Positions 58,752 through 64,000 of a stretch of DNA of 64,000 nt are shown here, one piece after another. Source of the DNA: Parcubacteria group bacterium (GTDB lineage: Bacteria > Patescibacteriota > Minisyncoccia > Moranbacterales > UBA2206); NCBI GenBank assembly GCA_041661275.1, contig JBAZUU010000002.1, positions 33,206-97,205 on the forward strand, given 5' to 3'. Within the stretch, counting starts at the first letter, position 1, and every line of letters starts with the position of its first letter. A program made the translations under genes and the position numbers. The notes beneath the pieces are model-generated. The model made no database searches, was not told the DNA's origin, and worked only from the letters and a program-made list of their open reading frames with translations.

Positions 58752-58814
58752 ATGGCTAAGAAAAAAAAGGCAGCAAAGAAGAAAAAAGCTACCAAGAAAA
58801 AGAAGAAACGATAG
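58752..58814 (+). CDS. 20-aa lysine-rich micropeptide MAKKKKAAKKKKATKKKKKR
   Basis: AGAAAGGAAGGTG SD, upstream TTGCGT..TATAAT promoter, terminator 58869-58903; below the ORF-track length cutoff. Confidence 0.75.
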   Translation: MAKKKKAAKKKKATKKKKKR

Positions 58815-58922
58815 TCTTTTTTCTTGATATATTCTCGTTTGGCGCACAATTTTGCACCAGGGAGATACAAAAAACCCGTTCCGCTAAGCGTGATCGGGTT
58901 TTTTGCTTTTTATAAGCCAAAA

Positions 58923-59873
58923 TTATAGCTCAATTTTTGCTACGCGCCATCTTCCGGAAAGATCTTTGATAAAATTTATCTTGCATTTTGGAAGATATTT
59001 TTTTGCCATTTTTTCTATTTTATTTTTTTGTTCCGGACTGATTTCTAAAATAGTATATGGTATTTTGTATCTAGTATCTCGTATGATATTTTCGATCTGG
59101 ATAAATAATCTTTCATAGTGATCTAGCCCGTCCCTACCGGAAAGAAGGGCAGCTCCTGGTTCGAAATTTTTTACATCAGGTAGAGTGGAATTATAAATTT
59201 TTTTAGAGAGATAGGGAAGGTTGGCAACGATGATACAGCGACCAGTAATCAAGGAGCAATGATCAATAAAATATTTGATTAGATCTGTTTTAATAAATTT
59301 TATTTTATTTTGTAAATTATATTTTTTTGCATTCTTTCTGGCTATCACCAAAGCGTCTAAAGAAATATCCGTAGCATAATAATTTATTTTATCGTTCTTT
59401 GTTCTTTGTTTTTTGTTTGCTGCGAGCGAGATGATGATATTTCCACTTCCGGTTCCAATATCGATTACGTTTATGTTCTTAGGATTAAGCTTAATAATTT
59501 CTTCAACTAAGAGCTCTGTTTCCGGTCTGGGGATAAGTGTGTTTTTGTCCACTTTGAAATCCAAACCGTAGAATTCCTTGTGGCCGAGGATATACGCCAG
59601 GGGCTCATGGCTTTTTCGGCGACTTATGAAACTATCAAATTTAGCCTTTTGTGCTTTATTCAAAGATATTTCCGCCCCATCACCAAAAAATTTTTTAATA
59701 TTTTTCCTTCCATTGACATATTTTTTCGTTTTTTTGTTAGTTATTTTGGTGACGGGGTAAAGATGCGTCAAAACATACTCTCTTGACTTTTGGAGAATAT
59801 GGGCTAAGATTAGTTCTTGTTCGAAAGGGGGGAGTCTGAAATCGGACTTTCGGGGGGAGTTCTTTTTTTTCAT
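58923..59873 (-). CDS. prmC: Release factor glutamine methyltransferase, with several in-frame inserts
   Basis: EPLAYILG.KEFYG, LIPRPETE, DIGTGSG, ANLPY, G.DGL. Confidence 0.93.
   Translation of the reverse strand: MKKKNSPRKSDFRLPPFEQELILAHILQKSREYVLTHLYPVTKITNKKTKKYVNGRKNIKKFFGDGAEISLNKAQKAKFDSFISRRKSHEPLAYILGHKEFYGLDFKVDKNTLIPRPETELLVEEIIKLNPKNINVIDIGTGSGNIIISLAANKKQRTKNDKINYYATDISLDALVIARKNAKKYNLQNKIKFIKTDLIKYFIDHCSLITGRCIIVANLPYLSKKIYNSTLPDVKNFEPGAALLSGRDGLDHYERLFIQIENIIRDTRYKIPYTILEISPEQKNKIEKMAKKYLPKCKINFIKDLSGRWRVAKIEL
59675..59757. mobile_element. 83-bp MITE-like element in frame within prmC
   Basis: CCCCATCACCAAAA...TTTTGGTGACGGGG; removing it plus 4 nt restores CAT CCG GAA (H-P-E). 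Confidence 0.75.
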
Positions 59874-59888
59874 AGAAAGGATGAGAAA

Positions 59889-60236
59889 ATGCCTAGAAAG
59901 GATCTAAGTAAGAAATTGGTAGCAAGCCTCCTTTCCAATTCAGAGGGAATAATGGGGAGGTTTTTTGAAAGGGTGGAGCGTATCGGTGGCTCATATAAAT
60001 CGGGTCACATCAAGTACAAGATTTTTCCAAAGGAGAGTGTGATATTTTCCTCTGACGCTCTTTACAGAGGGTTTGCCGATTTCTTCAGAGATTTAAATTA
60101 CATAGTTGATTACGAGGAATTTCAGGGAGATATCGAAGGAATGTTTATTGCTTGTGGTGGCAATACTATTTTCTTTCATATTGAACTGGATAGTAACCAA
60201 CTTGAGCTGGAATTGAACGCCTGGCTAAGAGACTAG
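59889..60236 (+). CDS. Stand-alone hypothetical protein, antisense, between prfA and prmC
   Basis: AGAAAGGA SD, TTGACT-16-TAAGAT inside prmC, terminator 60253-60292. Confidence 0.65.
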   Translation: MPRKDLSKKLVASLLSNSEGIMGRFFERVERIGGSYKSGHIKYKIFPKESVIFSSDALYRGFADFFRDLNYIVDYEEFQGDIEGMFIACGGNTIFFHIELDSNQLELELNAWLRD

Positions 60237-60292
60237 GCGTGCGGCTTACACTAAAAAACTCCGGCAAAAATTCTTGCAATTCCGGAGTTTTT

Positions 60293-61357
60293 TCATTTCC
60301 CAATTCTTCTTTTCGTATCCTCTTCTTTCAAAAGTTCAATAATTTCATCCAAATTGCCGTTCAAAATATTCCCAATATTACTCCAACTTTGTTTGATGCG
60401 ATGATCGGTGATTCTATCTTGTGGAAAATTATATGTTCTGATTTTTTCACTTCTGTCTCCGGTTCCGATTTGACTCCTTCTGGCATCTCCTAATTCTTTG
60501 GCTTGTTCCTCTTCTTTTAACTGCAAAAGCCTTGAACGAAGCACTTTCATAGCCTTTTCCTTGTTTTTCAGCTGGGATTTTTCGTCCTGACAAGATACGA
60601 TAAGGCCAGTTGGGATGTGAGTGATGCGTACGGCTGATTTCGTAGTATTGACTGACTGTCCACCAGGACCAGACGAACAAAATGTGTCTATTCTAATGTC
60701 TTTTTCTTCAATTTTCAATTCCACCTCTTCTGCTTCCGGGAGGACTGCCACTGTGGCAGTGGAGGTGTGAATGCGACCATTTTTTTCTGTTTCTGGCACT
60801 CTTTGCACGCGGTGCACTCCTGATTCATATTTCATCTTGCCATAAACTCCACGACCGTTTATTTCAAAAACAACTTCCTTAAATCCGCCGATGCCAATGG
60901 TACTGGAGTTCAGCAGATGCGTTTGCCAGCCGTTTTTTTCGGCATAATGGGAATACATTCGGAAAAGTTCAGCGGCAAAAAGCGCCGATTCGTCTCCGCC
61001 GGCGCCAGCGCGAATTTCCATGATAATATTTTTCAAATCATTCGGGTCTTTTGGGATAATTGCCGCTTCCAATTCTTTTTCCAATTTTTCCTTATCTATC
61101 GATAACTTCATATTTTCATCCATAGCCATCTGTTTTAGTTCGGCGTCTTCATCCTTTCCGTTGATGATTTTGGCGTTTCCGGCCATAACATCTTCTATTT
61201 TTTCAAGATTAGTGATTTTTCCCATAACTTCGGACAATTCTGCCTGTCTCTTGCCTAGTTCGGCCATTTTTTTAGGATCGGAAAAAACGCCCGGATCGTT
61301 CAATTGGGCGGAAATCTCCTCGTATTCCTTTTTAATACTGTCAATTTGTTCGCGCAT
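60293..61357 (-). CDS. prfA: Peptide chain release factor 1
   Basis: [20 protein letters not shown] (PET), [18 protein letters not shown]. Confidence 0.98.
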   Translation of the reverse strand: MREQIDSIKKEYEEISAQLNDPGVFSDPKKMAELGKRQAELSEVMGKITNLEKIEDVMAGNAKIINGKDEDAELKQMAMDENMKLSIDKEKLEKELEAAIIPKDPNDLKNIIMEIRAGAGGDESALFAAELFRMYSHYAEKNGWQTHLLNSSTIGIGGFKEVVFEINGRGVYGKMKYESGVHRVQRVPETEKNGRIHTSTATVAVLPEAEEVELKIEEKDIRIDTFCSSGPGGQSVNTTKSAVRITHIPTGLIVSCQDEKSQLKNKEKAMKVLRSRLLQLKEEEQAKELGDARRSQIGTGDRSEKIRTYNFPQDRITDHRIKQSWSNIGNILNGNLDEIIELLKEEDTKRRIGK

Positions 61358-61413
61358 AATTGTATTAATTTAGCTATTCTATTGTATAATTAACTCGTAT
61401 TTTAATCAAATTT

Positions 61414-61689
61414 ATGAAAAAATCGTTTAGTGATAAAGTAATACAACTGGTTTCCAAAATTCCTCGTGGGAAAATTTTGACCTATCTTGAAGTGGCCAAA
61501 GGTGCCGGAAATCCAAAAGCCGCCAGAGCAGTTGGCAATATTTTGAATTTGTATTATAAAGAATGCGTGCAAAACAAAAAACCAACCATTCCGTGCCACA
61601 GGGTCGTTAGAAATGATGGGAAAGTCGGTGGCTATGCCCTGGGTAGCAAAAAGAAAAAAGAACTGCTAGAATTAGAAGGTAAAAAATAA
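61414..61689 (+). CDS. MGMT/Ogt-family alkyltransferase (C-terminal domain only)
   Basis: IPRGKILTY.EVA..AG.PKAARAVG, IPCHRVV. Confidence 0.88.
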   Translation: MKKSFSDKVIQLVSKIPRGKILTYLEVAKGAGNPKAARAVGNILNLYYKECVQNKKPTIPCHRVVRNDGKVGGYALGSKKKKELLELEGKK

Positions 61690-61699
61690 TCTTTTTAAT

Positions 61700-62629
61700 A
61701 TGAAGAAAATACTTATTTTAGGCGCCAAGGGGATGCTTGGTCAGGAACTGGTCAAGACATTTAGAAAAGATAGTGATTATAAGGTAATAGGTTGGGATAG
61801 GGAAGATATTGATATCGCTAGCGAAAAAGAAGTGTCAAAGAAAATTGGCATTATTAAGCCATCAATTATCATCAACGCGGCGGCGTATAATGCGGTGGAT
61901 AAGTGTGAGGAAGACAAGAAAGAGTTCGAGCTAGCTAAAAAAATAAACGGTCTGGCGCCGGGATATTTGGCGAAAGTCGCCAAAAAACTGAAAGCGACTC
62001 TGGTTCATTATTCAACAGATTATGTTTTCAATGGCCAGCCGGAAATTAATGAGCCGCAAGGATGCACGCATGTTTGCGCTACCTGTTCGCTTCATGGAGG
62101 CGAGCCGGAAGTTGGATTTTGTGAGGATGATAAGCCGGATCCAATAAATAAGTATGCTGAAACTAAATTGTTAGGCGAAAAAGAAGTACAAAAAAATTTA
62201 AAGAATTATTATATTATTCGTCTATCTTGGCTTTTCGGAAAACCGGCAATTTCTAAAAATGCTAAAAGGAGTTTTTTTGATATCATGCTAGAATTGGGCG
62301 GAAAAAATAAAGAAGTCCGAGCAGTAGATGATGAAACAGGACAATTTACATATGCACCTGATTTAGTTATAAAAACCAAGGAAATTATCGATTCTAAAAA
62401 ACCTTTTGGTATATATCACGTCACAAATTCCGACCCTTGCAGCTGGTACGAAGCCGCGATAGAATTATATAAGCAGGCGGGTTTGAAGACTAAAGTCATT
62501 CCCGTGACTGGCGATGCTTTTCCACGTCCTGCCAAAAGACCTTTTTATTCGGTTTTGGTGAACACCAAGCTCAATCCAATGAGAAGTTATAAGGAAGCTT
62601 TGAAGGAATATTTAAAGGGAATTAAATAA
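61700..62629 (+). CDS. rfbD: dTDP-4-dehydrorhamnose reductase
   Basis: GAKGMLG, NAAAY.AVD, HYSTDYVF, YAETK, RPAKRP. Confidence 0.9.
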   Translation: MKKILILGAKGMLGQELVKTFRKDSDYKVIGWDREDIDIASEKEVSKKIGIIKPSIIINAAAYNAVDKCEEDKKEFELAKKINGLAPGYLAKVAKKLKATLVHYSTDYVFNGQPEINEPQGCTHVCATCSLHGGEPEVGFCEDDKPDPINKYAETKLLGEKEVQKNLKNYYIIRLSWLFGKPAISKNAKRSFFDIMLELGGKNKEVRAVDDETGQFTYAPDLVIKTKEIIDSKKPFGIYHVTNSDPCSWYEAAIELYKQAGLKTKVIPVTGDAFPRPAKRPFYSVLVNTKLNPMRSYKEALKEYLKGIK

Positions 62630-62648
62630 TTAAAATAAACCAAATAAT

Positions 62649-63917
62649 ATGGATGTACAAAAAAATCTGGAAATGCTAAAACAAAATGATCCAGATGTCT
62701 ACAATGCTATAAAAGGAGAAGAGGAAAGAGAGTGTAAGGGAGTGGAATTAATTCCATCGGAAAATTATACTTATCCGGAAGTTTTTGCGGCTAATGGATC
62801 AATTTTGACTAATAAATATGCAGAAGGGTATCCCGGCAAGCGATATTATGGAGGGCAGGAGTTTACAGATAAGGTTGAAGAATTGGCGCGGGAACGAGCA
62901 AAAAAACTGTTTCGCTGTGAGCATGCCAATGTACAACCGCTCTCTGGATCACCAATGAATCAAGCGGCATATCTGGCTTTTCTTAAGCCAGGAGATACTG
63001 TTTTAGGGATGGATCTTTCACATGGAGGACACTTGACTCATGGCGCACCCGTTTCTCATATGGGAAAGATTTTTAATTTTGTGCGGTATAAGACCCACTC
63101 AGATGAAAATGGCAGAATCGATTTTGAAGAACTAATGAAAGTAGCCAAAGAAACAAAACCGAAGATAGTATTATGCGGCTATACTTCTTATCCGAGAGAT
63201 TATGATTATGCCGACTTTAAAAAGGTGGCTGATGAAGTCGGCGCTATAACCATGGCTGATATCGCCCATATTGGAGGGTTGGTCGCAGCCAATGTAATGA
63301 GAAATCCTTTTGATTATGGATTTGACATTGTTACTACTACCACTCATAAGACTTTGCGTGGGCCAAGGGCAGGGATGATCATGTGCAAAAAGGAATATGC
63401 GGAGGCAATAGATAAGTCAGTCTTTCCAGGTCTTCAAGGCGGGCCACATATGAATACTATTTCTGCTATTGCCGTAGCGCTCGGAAAGGCTATGCAACCG
63501 GAGTTTAAGGAATATGCCGAGCAGATATTAAAAAATTCCAAAGTTTTATCCAAAACTTTGATGGACAATGGTGTGAAACTAGTTACAAACGGAACAGATA
63601 ATCATATGATGGTGATGAATACCCAGGAGAGTTTTGGAATTAATGGAAAAGTAGCCGAGGAAACATTGGACAAAGTTTCTATTACAGTAAATAAACAGAT
63701 CGTTCCCGATGATCCATTTAATCCTCTAAAACCAAGCGGAATAAGATTGGGAACACCTTGCGCGACTACCAGAGGAATGAGAGAAGGGGATATGGAAAAA
63801 TTAGGGAAATGGATAATTGAAGCGTTGAAAAATAATGCTGATGAAAAAAAGCTGGAAGAAATTAAAAAAGAGGTGGAATCATTCTGTTCGAAATTCCCAG
63901 TTCCAGGGATAAATTAA
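62649..63917 (+). CDS. glyA: Serine hydroxymethyltransferase
   Basis: ELIPSEN, YAEGYPGKRYYGG, HGGHLTHG, TTTHKTLRGPR. Confidence 0.98.
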   Translation: MDVQKNLEMLKQNDPDVYNAIKGEEERECKGVELIPSENYTYPEVFAANGSILTNKYAEGYPGKRYYGGQEFTDKVEELARERAKKLFRCEHANVQPLSGSPMNQAAYLAFLKPGDTVLGMDLSHGGHLTHGAPVSHMGKIFNFVRYKTHSDENGRIDFEELMKVAKETKPKIVLCGYTSYPRDYDYADFKKVADEVGAITMADIAHIGGLVAANVMRNPFDYGFDIVTTTTHKTLRGPRAGMIMCKKEYAEAIDKSVFPGLQGGPHMNTISAIAVALGKAMQPEFKEYAEQILKNSKVLSKTLMDNGVKLVTNGTDNHMMVMNTQESFGINGKVAEETLDKVSITVNKQIVPDDPFNPLKPSGIRLGTPCATTRGMREGDMEKLGKWIIEALKNNADEKKLEEIKKEVESFCSKFPVPGIN

Positions 63918-63934
63918 AAATTTATAAATAATTT

Positions 63935-64000
63935 ATGAAAGGCATTATTCTTTCCGGCGGGACGGCCACACGTCTTTTCCCGCTGACAGCCACCACGTCA
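63935..64000 (+). CDS. Sugar-phosphate nucleotidyltransferase (RfbA-like), partial
   Basis: MKGIILSGGTATRLFPLTATTS. Confidence 0.75.
   Translation, partial: MKGIILSGGTATRLFPLTATTS

Noticed and set aside
58473-58847. 124-aa minus-strand ORF
   Set aside because: Low-complexity Phe/Lys shadow of AT-rich DNA and of the lysine-rich peptide gene
1-64000. CRISPR array
   Set aside because: No run of equal-length direct repeats with unique spacers, and no cas genes

Overview
This AT-rich 64 kb window is a core-chromosome segment of a reduced-genome bacterium using genetic code 11. Gene content and style suggest Patescibacteria/CPR, probably Parcubacteria (inference from the divergent S21, short SMC, split comEC and mostly SD-less core genes). 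It carries housekeeping genes (uppS, trxAB, mltG, pth, lepB, hisS, ftsAZ, nrdRDG, comEC, rpmF, nusB, rnc, smc, rpsP, rplJL, dnaX, typA, mraZ-rsmH-ftsL-ftsI-murF, rmuC, prmC, prfA, rfbD, glyA), two tRNAs, an MNT-HEPN toxin-antitoxin pair and an ApbE flavinylation module. The unusual part is a dense set of tiny palindromic elements. (1) A REP-flanked RAYT transposase follows murF and is followed by a second, synonymously diverged murF 3' end, which suggests the element arrived with a replacement gene end. (2) About 13 intergenic 90-140 bp inverted repeats have 7-nt (some 8-9-nt) periodic arms whose unit sequence varies between loci. (3) CCC(C/G)...(C/G)GGG MITE-like elements add 4 nt on insertion, and two of them sit on start codons. 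(4) Several REP families nest inside each other. All of these classes also occur in frame inside proteins (PrmC, ComEC, RsmH, SMC, Pth, NrdG). Other items of note are stand-alone accessory gene cassettes, a coiled-coil/RelE-like gene with one in-frame UGA, a 20-aa lysine-rich micropeptide, a candidate sRNA and a CxxxCxxC insert in RfbD. All calls come from reading the sequence by eye; no database searches were run.
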